64,000 nucleotides of DNA from Cenococcum geophilum (taxonomy: Eukaryota). Positions 10,994 through 24,072 of this stretch are shown one piece after another (positions within the stretch are counted from its first letter, which is position 1; every line of letters starts with the position of its first letter). The notes under the pieces are model-generated. The model was not told the origin of the DNA. It ran no database searches and worked only from the letters and a program-made list of their open reading frames with translations. The stretch lies in NCBI GenBank assembly GCA_050273025.1, contig CP158635.1, positions 17,856,001 to 17,920,000 of the forward strand. The letters run 5' to 3'. The position numbers and the translations under genes are program-made.

Positions 10994-13444
10994 TGTCGTA
11001 TGCTCTAGTACCGCGATAGGTGGTTTGCGGTGCGTGGCTTTGGGCGTGCTGACTTCGTTGTAGGGCCCGAATTTGGCGTCTGTGCGCGCGAGGACGGCGG
11101 CGGCTTCTTCGGGGAGATCGACGCTCCATTTTTTGGCGAGCACGGTGAGGAGTCCGAGCGTGCGGCGTGCGCAGAGCCAACCTTCTGCTATCTCCTCGAG
11201 GTGCTTGACGCCGTGGATGATGTCTCGCCGGGCGTCCTTCCCCGGGAGGTTCAGGAGGTGGATGGTGCATGCCGAGTGTGCAATATACACGACAACGTTA
11301 CATATCTGTCGTAATCCATGTGAACGCTTATACAATCGGAGAAGTTTAGAGATCATAGCGGCAGCTTGGGTGCAAAGCTTTCGTGGCGACACGTGCGCAG
11401 GAAGGGGAGATGTAGCTTGGTTGTATTTTAAGAAAGGGCGGAACAAATGAATATAGAGCAATTGGAAGAACATGCTATAGGTAAATAATCAATCGGTATC
11501 TTGGAATGAAAGTTCGGGGTTGAACTCACTGCATGACTAGCAGACTTGGTAATCCTCCCTCTTTCGGCTCAAACTCTTTGGGAAGTTCTCGCCTCCATAT
11601 TTCGAGTCTTTGGTGAATTTCGCTGAGCTTCTTAAGTTCGGATTGCCTCCCTTTAGCTTTGTCCATATCTATTGGGTTGTAAAAAAAATTGATAAGGTCA
11701 TTACTGATCTCGCAAAGAGCGGAGATTTGACGAGCAACCTAGCAATGGTATTAGTAAGTTTCAGATGCGGCTATCAGCAAATGATAGAGACATCATATAT
11801 TACTCACAGCTCGAGTACGTGACGGTTGCGCATGCGCTTGGCTAAAACCAGAGTCGGTATATCCAGTCCAGATGTCGGCGTCCTCAACAGGGAACACATC
11901 AAACTTAGGCACCGTTATGATAGAAGTCGGGAGTTGCGGAAGGCGGCCAAGGTAGTTCGACCAGCACCTGGGAAATAGTCAGCAATCAACTTCGAGATTT
12001 ATAGGGAGACTAGGAAGAGTTGATATATGACCGACGAAACTAGTAGCAGAAACATACTTATCGAACAAGAAGCATCCCCAAAACGTTATCCGGCGTGCGT
12101 CCTCTTCCGTCTCATCAAGCGCAGAATTAGTGTTATGGTACATGTCGATGTTAAGGCCAAGGTCGCAAGCCATTCGAAAGCTCATTCCACTGTACACCCA
12201 ACCTTTTGCTTCTCGACCGCATCCTGCTTCGCGGACGGACATGAGGGCAAGTGCTTGCACTGAGTGAGAACATTAGCAAGACTCCGACTTGAATTATCAA
12301 AGCCTAACCTTACCGGTGGTCAACTTCGGTACTTCGTGTAGATCGCCTTCCAATATTAATCTTTTAGCTTCCTTAAAGAAGTGGTCGCCAGCAGTAGCCG
12401 AGTCATCGCGAACTGCTCGCGCCCCAGGCCAGGATGTGAAGTGGCATCCAAGAGCCAGCATGGCATTAACCAATAATGGAGTGCAGTATTCAGTCTTCCG
12501 TCGTGAATCAGGTGGCGGTTTTCCCAAAAGAAAATCCCTATAAAAGAGGCTTTTCGATAATGTTGTAAAAAAGGTATAATGCCAGCAAAAATACATATTC
12601 ATAAGGTGCGTTATCAACTCCGTATCCAAAGTAACCGCCGTCCACGACGCTATGGCATTTTCGTGTTGTTGATATTGCTCCACATTGGACAACGATCCGG
12701 ACGAATCTTCTGCGTCCGATCCCGCTCCAAGATATATGAGATTGGAAGTCCCTCCAATATAACGTGTTGATCCATCCTCCAGCCTTAGCTCGCCCATCTT
12801 CCCGGATAATTGAGATTCGAATGTTGGCGCCGCTGATATCGACGCATTGGAGAACGGTGATGCTGGTTCATCCTCCTCTTCCTCCAGTCCACTCTCCTTC
12901 GTTATTATCGCCTCCGCAACCGCGTCCAGACTCTCGCATGTCCGAATCTGCTGTACCAATCCTGCGACCTCATCTTCGGGATAGTTTAGAATAGCCTGTA
13001 TGAGGGTCTGAAGGGTTGAATTGCGGGTTTTCAGATTATCGATGTCCTTCTTGTACACGCCTTTCCGGCGGTGATCCGAGTTCAGATCATAGACACATTC
13101 GGTGTTATAGACGGCGGCGCAAGCGGAGCACGAAGGAGTGGAGCCGTCACACTGAATTTATCGATATGTTAGCGGACGCAAGTACAAGTATCATGTGTAA
13201 ATCTTATGACAGGCTCAGCCGTGGGCGACAGGCTCAGCCGTAGGCGCCAGGCAAATGGTCGCACCTTTGACTTCCGCTTCCTGCAAGGCACACAGGCGCT
13301 CGAGATACACCTTCTCTTCTTCGACCCATCGTCGCCACTGTTCTTCTTCCCTTTCCGCCGTCCTTTTGGCCCGCTCGTCCCTACGTTCCCGCTCTGGGCA
13401 TTAGGCAGAACGTCGCTGGTCTCAGATTTTGGGTCTGCATCCAT
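10379..13444 (-). CDS. nirA: Nitrate-assimilation pathway-specific Zn(II)2Cys6 transcription factor (NirA/NIT-4 ortholog), multi-exon
   Basis: Exon 1 (13444-13265) joined over the GT-AG intron 13264-13152 gives CVPCRKRKSKCDGSTPSCSACAAVYNTECVYDLNSDHRRKGVYKKDIDNLKTRNSTLQTLIQAILNY, the NirA signature. Fungal TF middle homology region (GCGREAKGWVYSGMSFRMACDLG, ARRITFWGCFLFDK); C-terminal DWWLRDQSQLALGFDNW; stop TGA at 10379. Confidence 0.93.
10964..10990 (-). repeat. (ACG)9 coding microsatellite, poly-Thr in NirA
   Basis: Nine tandem CGT on the + strand, in frame with ORF 10379-11473. Confidence 0.95.
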
Positions 13445-14082
13445 TACCGGGTCTCGTAACAGGCTGTGTGTTTACGAAGTAGTGGGGAGCTGTTGGAGCT
13501 TACTACGTCTGCCGCAGAGTTTCGCGCATCTTTCTTTCCGCGGAAAACGCGGGATGATTGGTGGCGGGGTTGGTCTTATCGCCTTGGACGCGACGAATTT
13601 GCCGATATCAAGAAAAGGCAAGTCTGCACGAGGGACACTTGCCTTGCCCAAATTGGACCCGCTACACTCTGCAACGGTCTGCCACATAGGTCAATGAAAG
13701 TTTCTGATTAGTTGGGCCTCTACTCCGAGATTTGGGCTTATACGGTTGCTGACATATCAGGACTTGTGCCTGGAGTGGAGGAAAACTTTTATTTCGTGCA
13801 TAGTATGGGGGTGGTCCCGACGATCTGGATTTGCAGCAGCCATGCATGTTAAAGAAAAGCAAGTAGCTGGTCATAACCCCAGATAAACGCCTCCAAATCC
13901 GATCCTCCAACTCGACGAAGCCGCCTATCTCATGATCTGCAGAGCAGTTGCCAAATATCCCGAGTCTTAGGATGCCAATATCCTTATCAAACTTGAAATC
14001 AAGGAAAGCAACCGTAAGTCAACCGAGCCCCAGAAATAATCCCCAAATTCTCCAGCTGCCACCCACCAAAGTACCCAAGTCC

Positions 14083-17000
14083 TTATGGAGAATCCTGAAA
14101 ACTCTCATCATCGCCGCCAGGAACAATCCTTGGAAGCGTTGGTGCATCGGGCACTAGAATGAAAGGTGTGCCCTCATCGTCCTCTTCCAGAGGACCAAAG
14201 AGCCGCATCAGCTCCTTGGTAGTCAATCTGTATTACATTAGCTACAAATGCCCTTAAGCCGCTTCGAAGATCCAGCTACTTCTTGCTTGTTGTGCCGCCA
14301 TTCTCCATAATCCCATCAATCTCCTCTTGCTTTCGCTCTTGCATCTCCACTAGGTCCTCATCGACTGTGTTCTCAACGCAGAAGCGTGTCATGAAAGTCT
14401 CTTCCTTTTGACCATAGCGGAAGACACGGCAGAAAGCTAGAAAGGATTAGTTCTGATGTTCCTTTCATTAGACGTGGGGCATACCCTGCTGCTCTACGGC
14501 ATTATTCCACCAAGGATCAATCACAATAACTCGGGATGCCATCATCAGATTCAGACCCTCTTTGAATGGTGCGTTAGTTAGGTTATTAAATATGGATGGA
14601 AAAAAAACGTACGGCCACCACATTTCAGTGAAGCAAGCAGGATATGCTTATCTTCGTTGAACTTGAATTCCTGAATTGCCTTGTCTCTGGCTGAAAGGCT
14701 CATCTTTCCCTGGTACTGCTCGTAGTCAGAATGTGATGCGAAGGCGGAATTTCATATTTAGTTACCTTACAGTAATTCCAGCTTTCGCTCTCGCAGACCC
14801 TCTCGAGAATGCGGATCCTAAAGTAAGTCAGTCACACATTCTGTCATAGTGTCTTGAAACTGGGGTCTTGCTTACATTGAAAGAAATTGGGTGTACACGA
14901 TGATCTTGATCTTCGGGTTCTCTGTCAACCAGTTCAATATCTGAGCTTTGATCGCCAAAGTCTTTGCCGATGGCAGCACCCTGCCGCTCATTTCGATCCA
15001 GTCGTTTTTTGCGTCCTCGTCATTCTTCCGCCTCCAACGACGTCTCTTTGGAGCGTCTTCTTCCTCGGAATCTGAAATTTCCTCCGACAGTTCTGGGGAC
15101 CTGGCATCTGGATCTTCGCAAGGGTAACTAAAAGTGTACTCCACGCCGCAGACCATGCACGACGCTCTGTCTTGGTCATGTTGTGCTGCCAGGTGGGTCT
15201 CCAACTCCAGACAGTCCAGGCAATAGATATGATGGCAGCTTGTCAAGTAAGGATTATCTGGAATTTGATGGCAGCTGGAACATTTTGCCTTTTCTTTAAT
15301 CTCTTCCCACTTTTCGCCTTGTTGTAGTTTATCCAGATACCTGGTGAAGTCATAGCTTAGTCCATGGCGGCCGCCAACCTCTAGTAGTACCCGCTCTTTA
15401 GTGGTCTGGCCTTCGGTGGAAGTGGCTGTCGGTGCAGTTGAGGGACCTGCTGGCTGGGAAGGCCCTGCGGATGAACCTTGACTTTCCATTACTTCTTGAG
15501 GAGGTTTCTGCGGGTTCGTACGAGAGGAGACATATGTAGCAAGAACCTTGCGCAGTTGAATTATTTGCTTGCCACGGTCGGTATTTTCACTTATATTTGT
15601 TTCCTTTTCCGTAACCTGACGCAGTCTCTCGATGTCTTCGCGTTTGAGTAGATCCTCTATTGTAGTTTGAATTGTAATGAGATGACCAGTCAGCTGCCGC
15701 AATCTTAGGAACATCCTGACAGAGAATCAGCATCTACAATTTTAATAAGTATTAGCACTCACGTAAAAATATGCTTGTATCTCCGTTCTAGCTTCTTCGA
15801 CCGGGCGAAGCCATTAATAATGTCGATAAATCTGTTTTTGACAATATCATAGGCGTTGCGTTCCACGTCGTTGAACTTAACCCAATGTGTGATTATCTGG
15901 GTCTTCGGAAGCTTCAGAATGGGACGTCCGAATAACAAATCTTTGTGAGTCCGGCGAAGCATGAATACGGAAAGCCGGGCCAGCAGACGATCTTGAGTAT
16001 CAGGATTTGATCTGTTGCCGTAATTCGCCTTGAAGATGTTGTATGTTCCAGTGAACGGAACGTTCAAGAACTTGAAGTATGGATAAAGTTCCTCCAGTGA
16101 GTTCATAATCGGTGTCCCCGACAGTGCCCATCTATAATTGGCCATAAGTGCCCGGCACGCAATTGAAGTTCTTGCAAGGTGATTCTTGATGGCTTGAGCT
16201 TCGTCGAGCACCACTCGATGGAAATGGATCCGATGCAAATCACCTTTCATTTCTTCAAGATACTCGATCCACCAAGCTTTCTTTTGCTCAGCGGTCAAGC
16301 ATTCTTGAGGCGGCGAGTACTTCGGGTAGGACTTCATGACCTCGGTATAAGTTGTCAGGCTATATTCCATGTTAGAAAGAGGAATCTGTGGGCCATAAAC
16401 AAGAACTCACACAATGTCAAAGGTCTGAAGGTCTTCCACGGTTGTGTTTGAAGAAGGCTTATGCCCCGCAACATATTTGTTGACCCTCCCAACCACCTTC
16501 GGCTCGACATGTTTGAAAATTTCCTCGTACCCTGCATTTTATTAGCTGACAGCTGTTGCCAATGAATGGGTATTACATACATTGATTGACAAGGGCTGGG
16601 CTTGCTATAATCAGAGTAGTTTTCGGCTGGCCTTTTGGCGCCCGGCCATCGACCATATTCGCTGTATGTTTGGTAAGCATTCGGGGAGTATGTTAGATGA
16701 ACAGACCGTTCTTACCAAGCATCATAACCGTCTTTCCCAGACCCATTTGGTCAGCGATAATTCCACCGAGAGGTTCTTCGACAGCATGTTCTCGCTTCCT
16801 CATGAACGAAACACCCAAGAGCTATCCTCATGTCATTAATAGCCATCCTGATAGAAGGATCTGTACGTGACTTGCCTGTGAATTGCTTAGAGACGACTTC
16901 ATGCCTCTGATGCGCCAACCTTCCTTCCCATCAGGAAAGACCATTCTCTTAGTAGAGAAATCTCTCGTGGCCTGCATCAAGTAAAATTTGTCGTTGTATG

Positions 17001-19006
17001 CATCCTTTCTGCATGTTCCTTCAGGAATACTAGCAATCAACTGCTTCAGAGCTTCGCCTTTTCTATGAGTATCGAAGCCCGCTTCATCTGGGCCACCATC
17101 ATGGGTCTGAGCATCTCTGATAACATTGTTGTTCTGCAGATCCCCGAGACTGATCGTATTTCGCTCTTTCGGGCGACCACGAGATTTCTTCTCCTTTTCC
17201 TTTGGAGCGTCTTTGGCAGCACCTTTCTTCCCTTTCTGGGCGGCCTTTGCTCTTGGCGCACCCTTGGGCTTTCGCTTCGCCCCCGCTGTGGGCTTCTCGC
17301 CACCCTTGTCAGCTTTCTTCTTCTTCTTAGCCTTATCCAAATCCGCTTGGATTCCCACCAGCATGCTCCGTTCCTTAGCATCCTGGAACATCTCCGGCTT
17401 AAGAGGTTTTCTCGGGAGCGCCACTCTCGGACGCTTTCGACTCGAAGGGCCCTCCCTGAATTCACACGCACCGTCAGTAATCGTCTAGCAACCCTACACA
17501 GAAAAACTTACCCAGGATCCACTTCCGGCGCTCTGTCGTCCCCAGACTCGTCCTCGCTTTCCTGGGCACGAGCACGCTTGCCCGAAGTTCGGTCCCCAGT
17601 CCCGCTGCAAAAGAGCGCCTGATCATCACTCGACCTAGCGAGAGTCAGCCACCGTCCCAATCCCAGCCATCCGGAAAACTTACCCATCAGCCTCCTCGTT
17701 CCGCCTGAGCCGGCTCTGCTCAAGCTTCTTAAGCCGGACATCCTCCGCGCTCTGCAGCTTCATGAAGGCAATATCATCCCAAACACTAATTTCACCCTTC
17801 CTCTTAAGCCTCTCATACTTCTTTTTCGCCTCTGCAAACCTGCAATCAACATCAGCAAACGCAGACACCCAGCCACGCCCTCCCCTCGAAAGGGGAAGAA
17901 AAAAAGACCTACTCCGCAGCCGCCCTCTCGTTCTCCTCCCTCTCCAACGCCTCCTCCACCGCATCCTCCGCCACCGTCTCAGGCCCCGCCACCGGCAACG
18001 GCAACGGCACTGGTACTAGCAACGGCAACGGCAACGGCGCCACCCCACCTCGCGACACCATCTCCGCAACCCTCCGCTCGCCCCTCACACACGGCTGCAG
18101 CGGAACCGGGAGCGGAACCGCAGCTGCGACCAGCGGCACCTGCCCCGTCGCCGCCTGCTTCGCCCGGACCTGGTACCGCAAGATCATTTTCCTCGCGTCC
18201 GGCGTCATCCGCGCGCCCGACGCGCCGCCGGGCTTCTTCGCCGTCTTCAGCAGCGAGGCGCCCAGGTGCAGGCCCGAGCCGCTGGCCTGGCCGTTCGGGA
18301 AGCCGGGGAGTGGGAGCAGAGGCGTGCGGCTGCGGTGGTGCGCGGCGGCAGGAGGGTGGGAGGTCGGAGGGGCGGTGTAGGGATCGAGCGACGACGACGA
18401 CGGGATCCCCGAGCGGGTGGTGCTCGTGGGCGCGTCGGTGCTGGTGGAGTAGGGGGCAGCGGGCCCTAGCGGGGCGTGGGGGAAGGGGGAGGGCGCGTCG
18501 CCGAATAGAGTGCTGAAGTCTAGGAGGCCGGGCTCGGCGTCTTGCTGCGCGAGGCGGTCTTCTAGGAACTGGTCGGCGGCGTAATCGAAGTCCATGGTTT
18601 CTATATCCGAAAGGAAGGGGTTTGCGAAATTGAGTGGTATGGCATATTGGGGAGCCATACCTGCATCGGCGTTAGCCGTGGTGGCCTCTTGGATATTTCC
18701 AGATTGCTCAGGAATTGTGAGTATGGCATTTTGCCTGCCATTATTCTGGATAGCAGGGCCATCGTGACTGTTGCTTAGGTTCATCATGAACATCCAGTCA
18801 TCTGTAGCCGGCTTCTCCTTAACAGTAAGGCTGGCATCGACGTCCATAGGATCAGCATGGGCAGGTCCAGGTGGAGAGACTGCTGATACATCTTGGCCGG
18901 ACGACATTCCAGAAAGCTGTTCGCGAGTGTCCCCGATCTCCGAGGCACCAGCAGGATCTGGCATGGCATAGTCCCCAACTCCTAGGTTGGATTCCGGGGA
19001 TGACAT
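14083..19006 (-). CDS. SNF2-family ATPase with internal RING finger (Rad5/Rad16/Ris1-like), multi-exon; start codon tentative
   Basis: Motif I GGIIADQMGLGKT (~16690-16770), motif II RVVLDEAQAIKN, motif III WALSGTPIMNSLEELY, RING CSSC...CHHIYCLDC...CMVC, helicase-C KIIVYTQF, GLNLMMASRVIVIDPWWN and QAFCRVFRYGQ. Exons link by plausible introns from the low-complexity exon 19006-17913; last exon ends ...FQDSP* at 14083. Confidence 0.88.
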
Positions 19007-20901
19007 GATTGTGGAAGTTTCGTTAAGACGTTTGCAAGAATATCGCAAATGCTGTTGCGCTTCAAATTCAAGACAGTGGCCTACGAGCGAGTAATGCCTT
19101 TGGCTTGATTGAAAGCCCTGAAGAAATTGATCAAGCGGGCAATTATCCTGTCTGTTGTAGTTGTCTTAAATGAGGAGCTTGATGTGAAGCTCGAAAGGAT
19201 GTGACCGAAAGAAAATCACTATATACTTGAAAGCAGAAATTCAAGCTGAGCAAGTAGATTGGACCGAAGAAGGTATAATGAATGAAAGAGTTTTGAGAGG
19301 CCTAGGAAGAAATATAACTTGAAAGAAAAGAGAAAGGCAATCGAGAAGTGCAAGGTGAGGATTAAGTGATAGGCAAGAATGGGGATCAGCCGGGGGACTT
19401 TCGAGATGGTCGACAATATGGACGACTCGAGTTGGTGGGAAGTGAACTACGACTGAGACGGTAGTGAAGACCGGGGGCCAACGCCGCGAGCTTAAAAGCA
19501 AGATCGGATGTGTAGATGTGAGGTGCGAATGCGAAGTATGGGTCGACGCTAGCGTCTGCGCTCGCGCGATGTTAGGATTGATGCTGTGAGAATTTCTCAG
19601 TGGTGAATAAATCGATTGGCGTGCACAAAGTTTTAAGTCGATCTTTCCAACTAGGCGCCGATGGGCGAGCTGTGGTGGGTACCAGGTTTAAGTGTTGCTC
19701 TTTGTACGAGGATTACTTGGGGGTTGTAAGTAGAGCGTGAGTTAGTGGGAGAGCTTCAGTGGAATGGAAGAGTTCAAAGTTGGGGAGGCTGAATGCTGAG
19801 AGGATCTCGAGAGGATATGTTGGATGGTAGGCCAAGACCGTGCGAGAAAAGATATATTGCAGGATATGAACCTGAATATGAATGTCGTTTGAAGTTCCGG
19901 GAGAATAGTAGACACACCAACTCATCCATCACCCCAACTCCACCGCAAACCCCTTCCCAAGACACCAGCATTCTCCAGACTTCTTCCTGTCCCACAACCC
20001 GCACGCAAATACCCTTCCATAGAGCATCCACCAAAAACCACATCCCGCTGCCATTCACAGGAACAAGCGGCCCTTCAGGCCACCCGTTCCCAGCAGTGTT
20101 CCAGCCCGACGAGCGCAGTCCAGCTCGTCGGGCTTGCCACTCTCAAGCGTGCTCGGGCTCCCACGCTAGAGTGCATGTCAAGTTCTTCAACCGAGAAGAC
20201 TCGAAGACGCTCGAGGGACGTAGACCATCTAGCCGCGCAATAGATTGCGAAGAGGACCATTCGGCAGCGTCGAGGAATCCGAGCAGTCTTTCGAGGTCGG
20301 GAGAGCTAGATGTGTTTTTCGAATCAGGCGTGACGTGGAAGGGCTGTTATGAGGCAACTAATATTAGCGGTTGGAATGGTGATGGCAGGGTTGAGGGAAG
20401 AATCTTACCTTTCCTCGTTCTGCCTAGTCAGTCTTTCGATGCGCTTGGCGTAGCGGAAATAGAGCCTTCCTAACATCTAACAGCAGTATACTGCCTAAAA
20501 TCAGTTCGCTAAAATTAGTTCACTTCCGTAAACATTTCTGTTCCCTTACAACCGTTGTCCTACACATTTTCTTGCCAGAAACATAGTACACGTATAGATT
20601 TGTTAATAGTAGAAGCACCCTCGCACCATCGTAGTTAAAGTTATACAAAAGGACCAAGTCGTAGTGACCACGCTAATAAGACATGCTTGGAAAAAGGAGG
20701 AAACAAAAGAAACCAGCCGGCAGGCAACCACGATGTTTTAATAGACGCGCGAAAGTCAGCCTAGGGTGCTCTAGAAGGGTATTCGCTGAAGCCGCCGAAA
20801 CTCCATTTCACTCCCCAGTTGCCCGGCCCCGACTGAGGCTCTACCGCAAACGCCAATTTGAACCAATTTTAAGCGACAGAAGCAGATAAGCAGAGAGGTA
20901 C

Positions 20902-22860
20902 TTATAATGGAGTGGGGCAGAGAGGATCTGAGGCCGTTTTTGGGTAGAACCAGCCGGCAACGGCTATGATGAGATACGTTGCTATGAGAAGGACTCCTTC
21001 AAGCCAATCTATTTGAAGTTAGTGAAAGTAATGCTATGTAGCTAAAAAAAAAATTTAAAAACTTACGAGATTTGCCATCCTGAATAAGATAATTCACCAG
21101 GAGTACGGCAACGAACAACACGGCAATCTGGAAGGTATCGAAATAGAGTGTCATGCAATCCCGGCCCATGATCCAAGCGACTACAACGACGAAGGGGAGA
21201 ACAAGAAGAGCAATCTGCATGCTGGATCCAACAGCAACACCGATTGCCAGATCCATTTTGTCCTTGCAAGCTACTGTGACCGCTGTTGCGTGCTCGGCAG
21301 CGTTGCCAACAATTGGGAGCAGAATAAGACCGACGAAGGTGGTGGAGACAGTGCCACTTGCCGTAACCTCGCTGATGCTATCAACCATGAATTCAGAACA
21401 GAAGGCGACCAAGACGGTGGAGATCGTTAGAGTGACGAGCGCACCCCAGATTGTCAGTTGGGGCTCATCAATCTCATCGTCTTCTCCTTCTGCGTTCGAG
21501 AACCGCACAAGCTGTTCTTGGTTTACCCCACCTCCAGATGCGGCTGCCGTCCCAGCGCCGATCTGTGCGATTCCACGGAAAGCGCCACCCTCCTCAACTT
21601 TAGAGGATTTGCGCTTAGGAACCTTTTGGCTGGGAGCATTGTACATTTCGGCGTGTGACTTCAGTTGAAAGATAAGGTAGCAAGCATAGACAACCAAAAG
21701 AATGACAGCTGTTCCGCGTGAAAGCTCCTGATTAAGAGTAGAGCTATTAGGGTCCGTGGCTAAGTGGGTTAGTATCTGTCTGAAGTCTGAAGTCCTTATT
21801 GAACTTACTTGACAGCATAGAATGGAAGACGGTTGGAATAATTAGGCTGCCGATGCACAGAGCTAGAAGGCTGGCTGCAGTCTGTGCGACTGTGACATTA
21901 AAGTACTGCTCCACCCGGCTGATGCCTCCAAGGAAGAAGCACATTCCAAGAATAAGGAGCAAGTTCGAAAGCATGCTACCGATTAAGGAAGTCTTAACAA
22001 TGGTAATCTCGTCCTTAACCAGAGCTTGAATAGAGACAATCAATTCCACAGCGTTTCTGCAGTTGAGGTTAAATAATGACGAGATACGGAAGGGGGCCAA
22101 ATACGTACCCGAAGGTTGCGTTTAAAAGACCACCGAGTGTCTCACCAACGCGGAGAGCAATCTCTTCGGTAGCGTAACTAAGCATTGCAGCGAGTGGAAC
22201 GATGGCAATGAAGTTAACGACAAATATCGCAACGCCATTAATATGAAGGTAGTTGACTATAAAACCGGCGGGAACGGCAACCAGAAGAAGGTTTATCCAT
22301 GAGCCGAACAGGACGGCGCGAACCTGATGCTTGATCGGAATTCTACGTTTAAAAGCAGCTTTCTGCCTTTCAGACTTTGTGGATTTCTCAGTTTCCACGC
22401 GATCTATGCTTTCGCTCTCTTCAGTGTTGTTGCGCAAAGGGTTTTTGAACTTCAACCTATTGCGAAAACCCTTTTGACTACCAACCAAGGTATCACTAGT
22501 CGTAGTAGCCGACTCTTTGCTAGTACCCTGCGGTGATTGGGGGCTTTCGTCATCAGTTACCTGCCGACCGGGGTCCACAAGTGGAGGCTTTTCGGGGGTC
22601 GCAGAAGCTGGTGGTGCAGTACCAGCATGTTGAGGACCTGGAAACTCCTTCTCAGCCTGACGGCTCTCTAGGCGCCTTTGCTCCTCGATTGCGGGCTCAA
22701 GATGTGTTTCTGAGCGACTTCGTAGGCCTAAGCCGGACTCTTCGTCGGGCCGTTTGTCATTGGACCTCGTGCGCGCAAAAGGATTGTAATTCGGAGTGTT
22801 TCCATCAGTCGTCCAGGCTGCTCGACGGGCCTTTGATCGTATCGAATCTAAATATGCCAT
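20902..22860 (-). CDS. Ca2+/H+ exchanger (CaCA/CAX family, Vcx1-like) with a long hydrophilic N-terminus
   Basis: Alpha-1 repeat GGLLNATFG|NAVEL (spliced) and alpha-2 repeat LPIVGNAAEHATAV; KDKMDLAIGVAVGSSMQIAL; last exon WLEGVLLIATYLIIAVAGWFYP...TPL* at 20902; ATG of MAYLDSIRS at 22860. Confidence 0.93.
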
Positions 22861-23541
22861 TGTAAGCACGTTTTCAAAGTGCTTTTAGAGCGAGCACGCG
22901 CTGAGACAGTCGGTTTTGTAGTCTGGAGAGCACGCACGCATGGCAAAGAGTGAGAATTCCGACGGTAGTCAGAACAGTCAGGCCAACACCGACGCTTTTG
23001 AAGCCGCAATAGCAATTTCAGCCTTGCGCGACTCAATATCACGAACGGAAAGCCGACGTAAGGTCCGAAGTAGGTATTGTGGAGGATCAACGTCAATGGT
23101 TGGGCAAAAGAGTTGGGGGCCGAAAGTGGAAGGGCAGAGTTGGCTTTTATTATCGCGAAACAGCCCACAGCCTTATTGAGCCCTGTCCAGTCGGTGAGCG
23201 TTTAGCACAGCCCATCAGGCTCAAAAATTCCAAATAGCTGCCTGGATGGATTTAAAGAAACGTACCTTGTTCCAGCGATGAAAGGAAACGGGGGGCGGTC
23301 AGGAGGAGTGAGGAGGGCTTTGATGGAAGATTGAAAACTCAAATGCTAGGTAGAACCGCTCGGATAACCATATTAATGCCTTTATACTTATCCGGATATA
23401 TAATCCAGACATTATTATCTATATGGCATTGCGACTATATATAGTTACCTATTTTCGGAGCCTTGGGGTTTGCTTATAAGTTGGTAATAAGTAATAGTGC
23501 ACCTACTGGTGTCTTTATAGTTGAATTTCCGCCAGCCCTAA

Positions 23542-23964
23542 TATAACGGAACCTTATAGCAGGTACTACGGTGGGCTCGTTATTAGGCTAGGTGTGTAGG
23601 TAAAGTAAGTTAAAGTCAACAACGTAATAATAACTGGTGGAGTGGTTGCCTAATAGATTAACTCTAATTATATTCTAAGAATCACTACAAGGAAGAAACT
23701 ATCTAGGTAGGGACTAAGGGTCCTTAAATACACAACCGTACTCCTATAAAATCCTTCTTATACGTAATATACGTGTTATATATGTTATACGTACGTTCCC
23801 TTTATACACTGCGTACATTACGTACAACGTCATATAACCTTAGCTACAATTCCTCGTTATATAGCTCTACTAGTTCCATCCTAGACTATGCCTAAATTAA
23901 CTAACTAGCTTCTTCTAACTCTTCCCTAAGTAGTTATAATATTATACTTAAAGCGTCCGTAACA
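23542..23964 (-). repeat. Gypsy 3' LTR
   Basis: TATAACGGA (RIPed TGTAACGGA)...TCCGTAACA; matches 34372-34794 apart from transitions. Confidence 0.95.
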
Positions 23965-24072
23965 CTATCTCTCTCCTCTTTATCTTTGTTTTTAAAGATT
24001 TAAAATATCTCTAAGTTATTTACTAGAGGTATAATATCCATCTAATTAATTTAGTTAATATTATTGCTTATT

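Noticed and set aside
9817..11450. Overlapping ORFs 9817-10440, 10371-10799, 10548-11270, 10688-11008 and 11073-11450
   Set aside because: Shadow frames of GC-rich nirA and neighbouring coding sequence; no independent domain signal.
16179..23179. Plus-strand ORFs antisense to the SNF2 and exchanger exons
   Set aside because: Antisense shadows of well-supported minus-strand genes.
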